Below, piece by piece: positions 10,067-20,830 of a stretch of 64,000 bases of DNA (the first letter of the stretch is position 1; every line of letters begins with the position of its first letter). The translations under genes were made by a program, and so were the position numbers. This stretch comes from a bacterium (GTDB taxonomy: Bacteria > UBA8248 > JACPRG01 > G963555815): the NCBI GenBank assembly GCA_965261595.1, contig CBDHDG010000006.1, positions 1,120,001 through 1,184,000 of the forward strand, given 5' to 3'. The notes below the pieces were generated by a model, which was given only the letters and a program-made list of their open reading frames with translations, did no database searches and was not told the DNA's origin.

Positions 10067-10810
10067 CTACATGTAGAGCCCCCCGTTCACGTGAACGACT
10101 TGACCCGTAATATACCCCATATTGGGGTCCGCAAGGAATCGAACGCAGCGGGCCACTTCCTCCGGACGGCCGATCCGGCCCAGAGGGATTGCGCGCAACA
10201 ACCCCTCCCGATGCTCGGCCGAGAGCGCCGCCGTCATGTCGGTTTCCACAAACCCCGGCGCCACCGCGTTCACCGTAATGTTCCGTGGGGCCAGTTCGCG
10301 CGCCAGGGACTTCGTGAATCCAATTTGCGCGGCCTTGGACGCCGCGTAATTGGTCTGGCCGGCGTTTCCCATCTCCCCCACCACGGAGGTGATGTTGATA
10401 ATTCTGCCGTATCTCTGCTTCATCATTGCCCGGGTCGCCGCGCGCGTCACCCGAAACGTGCCGCCCAGGTTGGTGTTCTGGACCACGTCCCAATCCTCGT
10501 CCTTCATCCGGACAAACAGGCCGTCCCGGGTGATTCCGGCGTTGTTGACCAGGATTTCGACCCCGCCCCATTCATCGAGAACCCGTTTCACGCCTTCTTC
10601 AACGGCCTCGGAATCGGCCACGTCCATGGGAACGGACAGAGACCGGCCCCCGATGGATCCCAAATGGGCGGCCCATTGTTCGGCTCCCTGGGAGGTGTGA
10701 AACGTAAAAGCCACGTCCGCGCCATCCGCCGCCAGGGTTTCGGCAATGGACCGTCCGATGCCTCTCAGTCCCCCCGTGACGAGGGCGCGCTGTCCTTTGA
10801 GGGACGACAA
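10067..10810 (-). CDS. fabG: 3-oxoacyl-ACP reductase
   Basis: TGGLRGIG, NNAGITRD, NYAASK and VNGGLYM motifs; fab operon context. Confidence 0.96.
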   Translation of the reverse strand: MSSLKGQRALVTGGLRGIGRSIAETLAADGADVAFTFHTSQGAEQWAAHLGSIGGRSLSVPMDVADSEAVEEGVKRVLDEWGGVEILVNNAGITRDGLFVRMKDEDWDVVQNTNLGGTFRVTRAATRAMMKQRYGRIINITSVVGEMGNAGQTNYAASKAAQIGFTKSLARELAPRNITVNAVAPGFVETDMTAALSAEHREGLLRAIPLGRIGRPEEVARCVRFLADPNMGYITGQVVHVNGGLYM

Positions 10811-10912
10811 GACATCTTCTCCGTAGATCGCCGGCCGATCCGGGCGGAGGCTCGAGACATTCGGACATCCCTCAAAACCGGATCGGGAGCTTACCTTCCG
10901 TCTTCCGGGGGA

Positions 10913-11845
10913 TCAAGCGAGGGCCCCCAGCGTCCGCTCCAGACTCGGCGGATCCCCGACCTGGAAGGTCTTGGCGTCCTCGACGATCCTGAAAACCAGT
11001 CCCGACAGCACCTTGCCCGGCCCGATCTCGATAAAGGTGTCCACGCCCGACTCGGCCGCCTTCCGGACGCTTTCCTCCCACCGGACCGGGGAGGTCACCT
11101 GGCGCCTGAGCGCCTCTTTGGCCTCCACCGGCAACCGGTTCAGCGTAGCGGACGCGTTGTCGATCACCGGAAACTTCAAGTCGTCGAAGTCCACCGCGTC
11201 CAGGTCCAGGGCCAGGCGATCCTCCGCCTCCCGCAACAGGGCGCAATGGAAGGGGGTGCTGACCTGGAGAAACTGGACGTAGCGGGCGCCCATTTCTTTG
11301 CAGGCATTCGCCACCCGCTCCACCGCCCGGCGCAACCCGGAGATGACGACCTGGGTTGAAGAATTGTAATTGGCGGCGACCACCTCTTCCTTGTCCTCTC
11401 CGCACAAACGGTCCACCTCCCGCGGCGCCAAGCCCATGATGGCCGCCATCGCCCCCTCCCCGGGGGGGATGGCTTCGCTCATGTAGACACCGCGCTTACG
11501 GACGAGGGCCAGGGCGACTGGAAACTTCATGGCCCCCGCGGCAAGCAAGGCGGAATATTCGCCGAGGCTGTGGCCCAAGGCCATCGTGGCGGCCACCCCC
11601 TGATCGGCCAACACGCTGAAGGCCGCATAGCTGTGCACGAGGAGGGCCGGCTGGGTGTTGATCGTGAGGCGCAGCTCCTCCTCGGGCCCTTCGAAGCAAA
11701 GGCGCGTCAAATCCATGTCCAAGGCGTCATTGGCCTGTTCGAAGATTTCACGGGCCCGCGGGAAACGCTCACAGAGCTCCTTCCCCATGCCCACCTTTTG
11801 GGAACCCTGGCCCGGAAATAGAAAAGCAACGCCATTCGTCGTCAT
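10913..11845 (-). CDS. fabD: Malonyl-CoA:ACP transacylase
   Basis: FPGQGSQ, TQPAL, GHSLGEY, PFHC and EIGPGKVL motifs. Confidence 0.97.
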   Translation of the reverse strand: MTTNGVAFLFPGQGSQKVGMGKELCERFPRAREIFEQANDALDMDLTRLCFEGPEEELRLTINTQPALLVHSYAAFSVLADQGVAATMALGHSLGEYSALLAAGAMKFPVALALVRKRGVYMSEAIPPGEGAMAAIMGLAPREVDRLCGEDKEEVVAANYNSSTQVVISGLRRAVERVANACKEMGARYVQFLQVSTPFHCALLREAEDRLALDLDAVDFDDLKFPVIDNASATLNRLPVEAKEALRRQVTSPVRWEESVRKAAESGVDTFIEIGPGKVLSGLVFRIVEDAKTFQVGDPPSLERTLGALA

Positions 11846-11914
11846 GGATTGCCTCTTTCGCGTGAAATCGGGGATTTTGGGGTCATTGGGTCTTTGGGCA
11901 GGTCGTCCATCGCC

Positions 11915-12898
11915 CTACAGGATGAGCACCGTGGCGCCCCACGTCAAGCCGCCCCCGAAGGCGGCCAACAGCAAGGTGTCGCCCGGGCGGATGCGGCCTT
12001 CACGGACAGCCTCGTCCAAGGCGACGGGGATGCTCGCCGAGGAGGTGTTCCCGTACTTGTGGATGGTCAGCATCACCTGTTCCTTGGAAAGGTGCAGGCG
12101 TTTGACCGCCGCGTCGATAATCCGGATGTTGGCTTGGTGAGGGATGAACAGGTTGATTTCCTCGGCCGTCAGATGGTTGTGCTGGAGCGCTTCCGTACAG
12201 ACTTCGGTGAAGGCCCGGACCGCGAACTTGAACGTATCCTGGCCGTTCATCTTCAGGGTGTGCAGGTCCTGATCGACGGTCTCCCGGTTGATGGGGGTGA
12301 CCCTGGACCCCCCGCCCGCCACCGTCAGCGTCTCGCCGTTGCTGCCGTCGGAGTATAAGTGGCTGGACAGAATGCCCCGGCCATTCTCCGAGGGCGCCAG
12401 CACCACCGCCCCCGCTCCGTCTCCCCAAAGGACGCAGGTGGCGCGGTCCTTCCAGTTGACGACGCGCGTCATGATCTCGGCCCCCACGAACAGCGCCCGT
12501 TGGACCGACCCGCTCCGGATGAACTGGTCGGCGACGCTCAGACCGTAAACAAAACCCGAGCACGCCGCGTTCACGTCGAACGCGAAGGCCCGCTTCGCGC
12601 CGAGGCGGCTCTGGAGCCAGCAGGCGGCGGATGGGCAATTGGTGTCGGGGGTGATGGTGGCGACCACAATCAGATCCAACTCCTCGGGGGCGACATTGGC
12701 GGCTTCCAGCGCCTGCTTGGATGCCGGAAAGGCCAGGTCCGAGACCGCCGCGTCGGACGCCGCCCTCCGCCTTTCGGAAATGCCCGTCCGCGTCTTGATC
12801 CATTCGTCGGAGGTGTCGACGAGACCTTCAAGATAATCGTTGGTGATCACTTCGTCGGGCACATAGGCGCCCGTGCCGATGATCATGGCGGAATTCAA
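11915..12898 (-). CDS. fabH: 3-oxoacyl-ACP synthase III
   Basis: AACSGF, PHQAN, YGNTSSAS and FGGGLTWG motifs. Probable TTG start at 12898. Confidence 0.96.
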   Translation of the reverse strand: MNSAMIIGTGAYVPDEVITNDYLEGLVDTSDEWIKTRTGISERRRAASDAAVSDLAFPASKQALEAANVAPEELDLIVVATITPDTNCPSAACWLQSRLGAKRAFAFDVNAACSGFVYGLSVADQFIRSGSVQRALFVGAEIMTRVVNWKDRATCVLWGDGAGAVVLAPSENGRGILSSHLYSDGSNGETLTVAGGGSRVTPINRETVDQDLHTLKMNGQDTFKFAVRAFTEVCTEALQHNHLTAEEINLFIPHQANIRIIDAAVKRLHLSKEQVMLTIHKYGNTSSASIPVALDEAVREGRIRPGDTLLLAAFGGGLTWGATVLIL

Positions 12899-12968
12899 AG
12901 GGCCTTCCTTTCTTCCCGGATTTGGGGCGGCGGCGGGACTCGGCCGCGCGGGTGAAGCGAGGTGAGGA

Positions 12969-14048
12969 TCAGGTCTCCTCCGAGTCATCGGAGAGGTGAA
13001 TGCTCTCTCGCAACTGCTTCCAAATTCGGTGCCCCACGCCCTCGCTGCTCTCGGCTTCCGCATTCCGAGCCACTTCGTCCCGGATGTGGTCGACCAAGTC
13101 TCCCCGGCGGGCGTTCCGGGCGGCGCCGATGGCGTTCTTGATGGCCTTGGCGTTCGATGTGCCGTGGGCTTTGATGCACACCCCGTTGATTCCCAACAGG
13201 GGCGCTCCCCCGTACTCGGTGTAATCCATCCGGCGATACAGGGAGCGCAGGCCGTTCTGGACGAGAAACATGCCGAGCCTGCCCCGAATCGACCCGGATT
13301 TTTCCTTGCGGAAGGCCTCGGTGAAGACCTCGGTCACACCCTCGGTGATCTTCAACGCTACGTTTCCCGCGAACCCGTCGCACACCACCACGTCGGCCGC
13401 TCCGCGAAAGACGTCGGTCCCTTCGACGTTGCCCAGAAAGTTGAACGTGCTGTTCTCCATCATTTCGAAGGCCAGCTTGGTGACCTTGTTCCCCTTGGAC
13501 TTCTCGGTGCCGACGCTGAGCAGACCGACGGTCGGATTTTCGATTTGAAGAACGGTCTTGCCAAAGGCGTGACCCATGATGCCGAACTGAAAGAGGTGTT
13601 GGGGTTTGCAATCCACGTTGGCACCGACGTCCATCATAATGCAAAAACCCTTCGCATTGGGGATCAATGCGCTGATGGCCGCCCGGTCGACCCCCTTGAT
13701 GGTCCGCAGAATCACCGTGCTGATGGCGAGAAGCGCCCCGGTGTTGCCGGCGCTGACGATGGCGTCGGCCTCGCCCTCTTTCAAGGCTTCGATGGCGCGG
13801 CGCATGGAAGAATCGGGCTTTTTTTTCAGGGCCTCGATCGGCGAGTCGTCCATCTCCACCACTTGCGCGGCGTGACGAACGGCGATGGGAAGCGATTCCG
13901 CCTCCAGGCTCCGGAGCGCCGGACGAATCAGATCCTCTTGGCCGACCAGGAGGATATCGACGCCGAATTCCCGGCAGGCGAGAACAGACCCTTCAATCAC
14001 CGCCGAAGGGGCGTTATCCCCCCCCATGGCATCCACGGCGATCTTCAT
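12969..14048 (-). CDS. plsX: Phosphate acyltransferase PlsX
   Basis: IAVDAMGGD, SAGNTGA, DVGAN, CDGFAGNVALK and GGAPLLG motifs. Confidence 0.97.
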   Translation of the reverse strand: MKIAVDAMGGDNAPSAVIEGSVLACREFGVDILLVGQEDLIRPALRSLEAESLPIAVRHAAQVVEMDDSPIEALKKKPDSSMRRAIEALKEGEADAIVSAGNTGALLAISTVILRTIKGVDRAAISALIPNAKGFCIMMDVGANVDCKPQHLFQFGIMGHAFGKTVLQIENPTVGLLSVGTEKSKGNKVTKLAFEMMENSTFNFLGNVEGTDVFRGAADVVVCDGFAGNVALKITEGVTEVFTEAFRKEKSGSIRGRLGMFLVQNGLRSLYRRMDYTEYGGAPLLGINGVCIKAHGTSNAKAIKNAIGAARNARRGDLVDHIRDEVARNAEAESSEGVGHRIWKQLRESIHLSDDSEET

Positions 14049-14065
14049 CTTCGGTTCTCCGTCCC

Positions 14066-14248
14066 TCAGGCTTCCTTGGGAGAGAACACTTCGCTGCCCT
14101 TATAGTAACCGCAATGCGGACAGACGCGGTGAGGGAGCTTGACTTCGTTGCACTGCGGACAGCGCGAAGAGGCCGGACCCGGAACTTTGTTCTGGTGGCG
14201 GCGCTTATCCCGCCGGGAGCTGGAGTGTTTTCGCTTGGGAAGCGGCAT
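14066..14248 (-). CDS. rpmF: 50S ribosomal protein L32 (Zn-ribbon form)
   Basis: PKRKHS...CPQC...HRVCPHCGYYKG. Confidence 0.97.
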   Translation of the reverse strand: MPLPKRKHSSSRRDKRRHQNKVPGPASSRCPQCNEVKLPHRVCPHCGYYKGSEVFSPKEA

Positions 14249-14251
14249 GGC

Positions 14252-14809
14252 TTAACTCTCTTTCGATGGAGACGCACCCTTCAGACGGGCCAGGGCCTCC
14301 CAGCGGGGGTCGGCGGACTCATGAACACATCCACACGACCCTTCGTTCAAGTTGGCCCCGCATTCCGGGCATAGGCCTTGACAATCGGTCCGGCAAAGGG
14401 GTTGGAGCGGAGCGGCCATCAACAGGTGATCCCGGACGGCGCCCCGCAAGTCCAACCGCCCGCCCCGGTAAAAGTACATGTCGGGCTCATCGGAGGCGAT
14501 TTCCACCACCTCCCCTTCGTCGGTTTCAGCGGATTGCTCCGGAACGAATGTGAACACGGTGTCCACCGAGAGCTCGACGCCGACCTTTCGAAGGCACCGG
14601 GAGCATGGAAACGACACCCCGGCGTTCGCCGTTCCCCGGCAGAGCACATCCGCGTCGAACCGCTGAAGGGTTCCGGTCCATTCGACGGGTCCCCGCCAAG
14701 CGCCCTCCTCCAGGTCGAATTCGAAAAAAGAAGGATGCCCAGAAAGATTTAGATCATGGCCTTCTTCGGGGATATCGTCAACATTGACAGTCCATTGCGT
14801 TTCGGCCAT
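14252..14809 (-). CDS. yceD: DUF177/YceD family protein
   Basis: CSRCL, LCRTDCQGLCPECGANLN and DPRWEAL motifs; directly upstream of rpmF. Confidence 0.92.
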   Translation of the reverse strand: MAETQWTVNVDDIPEEGHDLNLSGHPSFFEFDLEEGAWRGPVEWTGTLQRFDADVLCRGTANAGVSFPCSRCLRKVGVELSVDTVFTFVPEQSAETDEGEVVEIASDEPDMYFYRGGRLDLRGAVRDHLLMAAPLQPLCRTDCQGLCPECGANLNEGSCGCVHESADPRWEALARLKGASPSKES

Positions 14810-15008
14810 GCCTCCCATCTCCTTCGTGATCCCGAGAGGCCCCGTCAACACAAGCTTAACGCTTTTCTCCTGTCCAGCCAAACAAACACCCGTATATAAG
14901 AATTCGCGCCCGCCTTTGTCAAGCGAGAATCCCCACCCGGAAATAGGTGAGGATCGAAAGTTTATCAGGTTGATTATCAATGTGTTACATGAATTTTGTC
15001 CCTTGGAT

Positions 15009-16078
15009 TCATCTCGCCGGCCCATGAACCGTCCGCCCGCGAAGCAGGGCGTCCAGGATTCCCTCTCGAAGGCCCATGTGCGTCACGGTCAAGGTTTCGA
15101 GCCCGATCGCCCGAATCAGGCTCCGCAGGATTGAAAGTCCCGGGACGATGACGTCTTCTCGCCCCCGCTCCAAAAACGCCTCTTTCGAGCGCGCTTCCTG
15201 GTCGGCGCCGGCAAGCCGGCGGTAGATCGTCTCCAAATCCTCCCGGGATACGGAAGTCTGAAAAAAAGCCGGCGCTTGTTCAGGAGCCATTTGTCGCCGG
15301 ATCGCCGCGAGGTTCAGGGCCGTCCCGCCCGTGATGAGAACCGAGGCCACTCCATCTTTGAATGGCCCTATGGCATCGAACATCTTTTTGAGGACCCGCT
15401 CCACCTCTTTTTGAGGACCCGCTCCACCTCGGCTTCCAGTTTTCTGAGTGTTTCCGGGTCCGCGGGCGCCCCCAACGGGAAGCGACGCAGGAGGTCCAAC
15501 ACCCCCAGGCGCTCGCCGGCGTGTCGAAGCAGAGGCTCTTCCGCGTTCCCCTCGGGTTTCCCGACCCAAATGAGATCCAAGCTCCCGCCGCCGGGGTCCG
15601 CGATGAGGGTGGGGCCGTCCGGGTCGCGCGCCGTGAGGAGCGCCCCCTTCGCTGTCCATCGCGCCTCTTCCCCGGTCGAAAGGATCCGTGTGGGCAGGCC
15701 CGTTTCCACCTGGATTCGCCGCGCGAAGGCGGGTCCGTTCCGGGCTCCGCGCATCGCCTCGGTGGCGACGATTCGGGTCCGTTCAGGCGCTACGCCGAAC
15801 CGCTCGATGGCGGAGCGGAATTCTCCCAGGATTTGGAGCGCCCGGTCTTGTCCGTCCGGCGGGAGGTCTTGCCCCGGCGCCAGGTTTTCCGCGAGTCGTG
15901 AAATCCGGCGCGGCTGATGAAGCGACAGAAAAGGGACGGGCGGGCTTCCCGGCGGGGCCTCGGCGTCCCCCTCCCCCTCCCGCACCCCCTCCCCCCGCGC
16001 CGTTTCCGGGCGGGGCTCGGCGATGTGGAGGCGGATCGCCAAACTTCCCAGGTCGATGACCGCCGCGCGCCCGGACAC
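15009..16078 (-). pseudogene. ppx: Ppx/GppA exopolyphosphatase family gene, frameshifted by a 23-bp tandem duplication
   Basis: IDLGS, ATEAMR, GEEAR and DPGGGS lie in ORF 15368..16078; TGGT, REDVIVPG and GLREG lie in ORF 15009..15659. EVERVLKK occurs in both frames. Confidence 0.85.
15385..15430. repeat. Perfect 23-bp tandem duplication
   Basis: tttttgaggacccgctccacctc at 15385-15407 and 15408-15430. Confidence 0.95.
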
Positions 16079-16088
16079 AGAACCCTCG

Positions 16089-17324
16089 TTAGAAAACCCA
16101 CCGGAGAAGGAGATCGATCAAGATGGTGATGCCGGCCGCGATGGGAATAGTGGCGACCCACGATTTCAGGATGGTCCAGATCATTCCCAGGTTCAAGGCG
16201 GAGATTCCCCGGGCCAGTCCCACGCCGACCACCGACCCGACGAGCGTGTGGGTCGTGGAGATGGGCATGCCGATCTTGGAGAAGAGCAGGACGGTCGTGG
16301 CCGCCCCGAATGTGGCCGAGAACCCGCTTGAGGGGGCCATGTCCGTTATCTTCTTGCCGATGGTTTCGATCACCCGTCTTCCATAGGTCGCAATTCCGAC
16401 GACAATCCCAATCCCCCCCAACCCGAGCAGCCACAACGGCACAGGGACACTCAGAGAAACAACGGCCCCCCGGATCCCAGCGACGACGACGGCCAACGGG
16501 CCGATGGCGTTGGCGACGTCGTTGGCCCCGTGAGCGAACGCAACATAGGCCGCCGTCACAATCTGAAGCCAGCGGAAGACCCTTTCCGCGTAGTCCACGC
16601 CTTCCACGCCCCGAATCAGGTATTTCCGGATGATCCAACTGCCCAGCGCACCCAGAACGGCCCCGGAAAGCAGGGAGATGCCTATCGCCTCCCAGACGGG
16701 CAGATCCAGCTTCAGGTTCTTCAGGCCCTTATAGATGATGGACAGGGTGAGGACAGCGAAAACCAGCGCCATCAGATAGAGATCTTTGCCTCGGATGGCC
16801 TCTCTGGGGTCCTTGGCCGTGAGGATGGTTCGGCGGATGTACGTGAACATCGCGAACGAAATCAATCCCCCCATGACGGGAGAGAGAAACCAGCTTCCCA
16901 CGACGCTCCCCAGAACGCCGTAGTTGATCGCCCCGAAACCCGCGTTCAGGATTCCAAAGCCGGTGATCGCCCCGATGATGGAGTGGGTCGTTGAGACCGG
17001 CAGGCCGAAATGGGTCGCGATGTGAAGCCAGACGGCCGCGCCGACCAGGGCCGCGAACATGCCCCGCACCAGCGCTTCCGGGTCCTGGAGGAACGGTCCG
17101 GGGTCCAGAATTCCCTTGCGGATGGTGTTGGTTACGCTGGAACCGACCAAGAACGCCCCGGCAAACTCGAAGATGGCGGCGATGATGACGGCCTGGCGCA
17201 GGGTGATCGCCCCGGTGCCCACCGAGGTGCCCATGGCGTTGGCCACGTCGTTGGCGCCGATGTTCCACGCCATGTAGACGCCCACCAGCACCGCCGCCGG
17301 CAGGAGAAAGAAGGAGGATTCCAC
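16089..17324 (-). CDS. pit: Inorganic phosphate transporter, PiT family
   Basis: Two GANDVANA signatures, PVSTTH/PISTTH motifs and many TM segments. Confidence 0.95.
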   Translation of the reverse strand: MESSFFLLPAAVLVGVYMAWNIGANDVANAMGTSVGTGAITLRQAVIIAAIFEFAGAFLVGSSVTNTIRKGILDPGPFLQDPEALVRGMFAALVGAAVWLHIATHFGLPVSTTHSIIGAITGFGILNAGFGAINYGVLGSVVGSWFLSPVMGGLISFAMFTYIRRTILTAKDPREAIRGKDLYLMALVFAVLTLSIIYKGLKNLKLDLPVWEAIGISLLSGAVLGALGSWIIRKYLIRGVEGVDYAERVFRWLQIVTAAYVAFAHGANDVANAIGPLAVVVAGIRGAVVSLSVPVPLWLLGLGGIGIVVGIATYGRRVIETIGKKITDMAPSSGFSATFGAATTVLLFSKIGMPISTTHTLVGSVVGVGLARGISALNLGMIWTILKSWVATIPIAAGITILIDLLLRWVF

Positions 17325-17350
17325 GTTTCCGGCCACCCCTCGCTCGGCGA

Positions 17351-18025
17351 TTAACCTTTCGACAGGAGCGCCCGAAGGCGGTCCGCAGTTTTCTCGGAAA
17401 AGTTTGCCAGGTCCCCGATCTTCTGGAAGATCTTGGACCACTGGAAGATGGACACCGGGTCCATCCGGTCTTCAATTCTGTACATGTGCTTCACCAAAAC
17501 GAACTGGACCTTGTCGGTCTCCCATTCCAGCATCCCGATATCGTTGATGCGCTCGAAGAGCCGATCGGCGTCCGGGCCGCCAAAGGCCGAGCCGAGCAGG
17601 CGCTCCACCTCTTCGACGACTTCGTAGGTCCGGTGGAAGACAGCCAGGCTTTTCCCGAGGAAATCCCGCAGGTCCTCCGCAAGCTCCTCCGGAACGATCA
17701 TCTTCCGCAGGGTCAGCATGACGCAGAGGTCCTCGACCGAGTCGGGAATGGAGTCCATTTGAGAAAGAACCGAGAAAAAGTCGCTCCGGCTCACCGGCAT
17801 GAACAGGGAGCGGGGCAGGTGGTCCCGGATCTCGTTCTTGATGATGTCGGCTTGGTGCTCCAGCTTGGACACGCGGTCGGTGATCCGTTGAATCTCCTCG
17901 GTGTCCTCCTTGAACACGGCGTCAAACAGCGGAGGAACGAGGTCGATGCACGCCTTCGCCTTCTTGATGTGCTCATGAAGGGGACCGAACGGTGACTTGC
18001 CGAACAACTGGGCGATGGTTCTCAT
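17351..18025 (-). CDS. DUF47/TIGR00153 PhoU-like Pit accessory protein
   Basis: LFGKSPF, LEHQAD.IK..IR..LP and LEWETD motifs; directly upstream of pit. Confidence 0.9.
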   Translation of the reverse strand: MRTIAQLFGKSPFGPLHEHIKKAKACIDLVPPLFDAVFKEDTEEIQRITDRVSKLEHQADIIKNEIRDHLPRSLFMPVSRSDFFSVLSQMDSIPDSVEDLCVMLTLRKMIVPEELAEDLRDFLGKSLAVFHRTYEVVEEVERLLGSAFGGPDADRLFERINDIGMLEWETDKVQFVLVKHMYRIEDRMDPVSIFQWSKIFQKIGDLANFSEKTADRLRALLSKG

Positions 18026-18157
18026 GATGGAGCCTCCCCGGGAATGGCCCGAAAAGCAGGGGGGATCTTCGCCCGATCCAATCAGGGCGCGGAGGTGAAT
18101 TCTTGAGAGCGGGAAATTGGATGGAAAGAACAAGAGCCCGGAAGGTTTCAACCCCTT

Positions 18158-18679
18158 TCAAGATTGCTGACGGTGCGTCCGCGCGTATTCGATGTATTGA
18201 CGCGCGGATTTCCGGATCATCTCCAATTCTTCCGCCTTGACCTCCCGGCGGACATGGGCGGGCACGCCCGCAATCAGGCTCTTCGCGGGGACCCGGGTCC
18301 CCTCCCTGAGAACCGCGCCCGCCGCGACGATGGAACCGGCTCCGATCACGCACCCATTCAGGATCCGCGCGCCCATGCCGATCAACACCTCATCCTCCAC
18401 AATGGACCCGTGGATAATGGCCTGATGGCCCACGGTCACGTCGCGGCCCACCCGGACGTCATGTTGCCGGTTTTGGCCGTGAAGGACGCACCCGTCCTGG
18501 ATGTTGGTGTTTTCACCAATCGAGACCAGGGAAACGTCCCCGCGGAAGACGGCATGAAACCAGATTCCGGCATTTTCGCCGATCTCGACATCCCCGACGA
18601 TCACTGCCCCGGGAGCCAAGAATACAGAGGGTGGAATGCGTGGAGAAATCCCCAGATGGGGCAGGACGATTGGTTTCAC
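18158..18679 (-). CDS. Gamma carbonic anhydrase family (YrdA-like) hexapeptide protein
   Basis: RGDV, NIQDGCVLH and VTVGHQAIIHG motifs. The GTG start overlaps the upstream stop. Confidence 0.93.
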   Translation of the reverse strand: MKPIVLPHLGISPRIPPSVFLAPGAVIVGDVEIGENAGIWFHAVFRGDVSLVSIGENTNIQDGCVLHGQNRQHDVRVGRDVTVGHQAIIHGSIVEDEVLIGMGARILNGCVIGAGSIVAAGAVLREGTRVPAKSLIAGVPAHVRREVKAEELEMIRKSARQYIEYARTHRQQS

Positions 18680-20682
18680 CGTCCAACGGACTGGGCGGCG
18701 ACGATATCGGCGCCGGGCCGGGAATCGGCCTTCCGGATCCTCTCGTCCAACTGGTCGAACAGGAGATTCCAAATCCGCAAGAACCGCTTCCGGTCCGAGA
18801 TGGAGATGGGAGACCCCGAGACCCGACTCAACCGAAGCGGATTCATCGGCTTTCCTTCGTATCGGACCCGGAAATCCAGGTGCGGCCCGGTGGACAGACC
18901 TGTGGTGCCTACGTAGCCGATGACATCTCCGCGCCGGATCCGCTTGCCGCGTCGGACCCCCCTGGCGTACCGGGAAAGATGATGATATCGCGTGCTGAGT
19001 CTTCCCTGGTGTCTGAGCTCAATCGTCTTCCCGCCCTGACCGGCCCACCGCGCCGTAACGACCACGCCGTCCGCCGCCGCGCGCACCGGCGCCCCGTAAG
19101 GCGCCGCATAGTCGATCCCCCTGTGCGGCCGGTGAATCTTCAGGATGGGGTGGAATCTCCGACGGGAATACCCTGAGGAGATTCGGGTGTAATTCACCGG
19201 CGTTCGAAGGAAAAGGTTGTGCAGGGGCTTGCCCTCTTGATCGTAATACCGAAGTCGGCCGTTCTCGCCTGGAAATCCGATGGCCCGATGGACTTTGCTG
19301 CCGGTTTCCAATTTCGCCGCGAAAACCCGGCCCCAGCGCCGTCGCCCGCTTGAAGGCGAAATCCACTGTTCGGCGGCGATGGAAAACACATTCCCCGGCT
19401 GGAGATCGGAGCTGAAATCCACCTTCCAGCTAAAGACATTGGCCAGGGCGATTGCCAAGGCGCCGTTGCCGCCGGCCCGAACAACCGACTGGTAAAGAGA
19501 GCCCCGGATCTCTCCCTTCAAAATAGCCATGGTGCGGTCCGGTCTCCGGAGACGACCCCCCTTATTGCGGGACCGCTTGATATCCCGTCTCCCGCGGCGG
19601 CGCTTCGCACTCTCGGATGCGGGCTTAATCTTCAATTCATCCCGTTTGGGATCCCACTGGATGACTTCATCCCCGATTCGGATGTGTCTGACGTTAAACG
19701 TTTCCCAGACATTCCGCGCCAGGAGGCGAACCTCCGCGGATGAAGGGATCGTCGATTGATATCCGTTGGTGAGCCCGCGCCGTGGGGCGCCCATGGGCCG
19801 CACGCCGTCGGGTCTCGATAGGGAAGGCGACCCGCGATCTTGCAGGCGTGCGGACGCTGGAGCCTTACGGGGTATCGTCATGCGCGAGACGCTTTGTCTC
19901 ATTTTCCGCATGACGGGGATATTCCCGTTCGCTCGGGCCCGAGAGGGTTCACCCCCGCGAAGCGCCGTGGCCCGTAACCTGGCCGTCACAGGCTTGCGCT
20001 CCCAGCGTGCGCTCTTGGCGTACACAGGTCCGGGCCGCTTGACCGCTTCCGGCCATGGGGTCGGCTGGGGGGAGACAGGGACAGGCGGGGCGTAAAGCCT
20101 AGCCACCTCGGGTCCCCGCTTCGCGGACGCCTGAACGGGAAGTTTTTCTTCCACCGGCCAAGGCGTCGGCTGTTCCAACACGGGGGCCGGCGGGACGGGA
20201 GATTTCACCACCCGCGGCACCGGGATTCTCGGTTTTGTCTTTGGCGCTTGGTGGGCGGGACGTTTTGCCGGTTTCGACACGCGCGCCGCCGATCCTTTGA
20301 GCGTGTTCGAGTCCGAGGGAGGACCGGATTTTAAAGGCATGATTTGTTTGATGGACTTCGGAACGGCCGGCTCGGACGAAGAATCCACGCCGGACCTCGC
20401 CGGCGCCGGGAGATCGCGCCCTGGTTCTTTCTTTCCGGAAGCTTCGGTTTCTCCGGTCTTCGCGAGAGTGGGTGAGGGGGTGGAGGGGCGAATGGAGGCC
20501 GTCACGTTCGGAGGCGCCGGCCCTGCCGCGATCGCCAGGATCAAAAATATAACGATCCCCGCGAGATCCGCGATGTCGAGGCTGAAGGAACGGCCCTCTT
20601 CCCTTCGGCGCAACCTATTCGGCGCGCCGAGGATTCGGCTTATGCGATACACCCAGTGGCATCCTGTATGAGAAAGCGGCAT
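18676..20682 (-). CDS. M23 family peptidoglycan DD-endopeptidase (MepM/Csd3-like) with N-terminal TM and Pro-rich linker
   Basis: RISS.YS.RRFHPI, HRGIDYAAP, STRYHHL and GPHLDF motifs. Start uncertain. Confidence 0.88.
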   Translation of the reverse strand: MPLSHTGCHWVYRISRILGAPNRLRRREEGRSFSLDIADLAGIVIFLILAIAAGPAPPNVTASIRPSTPSPTLAKTGETEASGKKEPGRDLPAPARSGVDSSSEPAVPKSIKQIMPLKSGPPSDSNTLKGSAARVSKPAKRPAHQAPKTKPRIPVPRVVKSPVPPAPVLEQPTPWPVEEKLPVQASAKRGPEVARLYAPPVPVSPQPTPWPEAVKRPGPVYAKSARWERKPVTARLRATALRGGEPSRARANGNIPVMRKMRQSVSRMTIPRKAPASARLQDRGSPSLSRPDGVRPMGAPRRGLTNGYQSTIPSSAEVRLLARNVWETFNVRHIRIGDEVIQWDPKRDELKIKPASESAKRRRGRRDIKRSRNKGGRLRRPDRTMAILKGEIRGSLYQSVVRAGGNGALAIALANVFSWKVDFSSDLQPGNVFSIAAEQWISPSSGRRRWGRVFAAKLETGSKVHRAIGFPGENGRLRYYDQEGKPLHNLFLRTPVNYTRISSGYSRRRFHPILKIHRPHRGIDYAAPYGAPVRAAADGVVVTARWAGQGGKTIELRHQGRLSTRYHHLSRYARGVRRGKRIRRGDVIGYVGTTGLSTGPHLDFRVRYEGKPMNPLRLSRVSGSPISISDRKRFLRIWNLLFDQLDERIRKADSRPGADIVAAQSVGR

Positions 20683-20830
20683 TCCGCCGCGCCCTGCACC
20701 CTATCCGGCGGACAGAGCCAAAATCGCTTGAATCCTATCAATTCAGCCCAAATGAGGCAAGTCTTTTCCCTTGCGTTCAAGGGATCGGCCATTTGGAGAA
20801 GAGGGATGCAATTCGCGGACCGTCTTTTTC

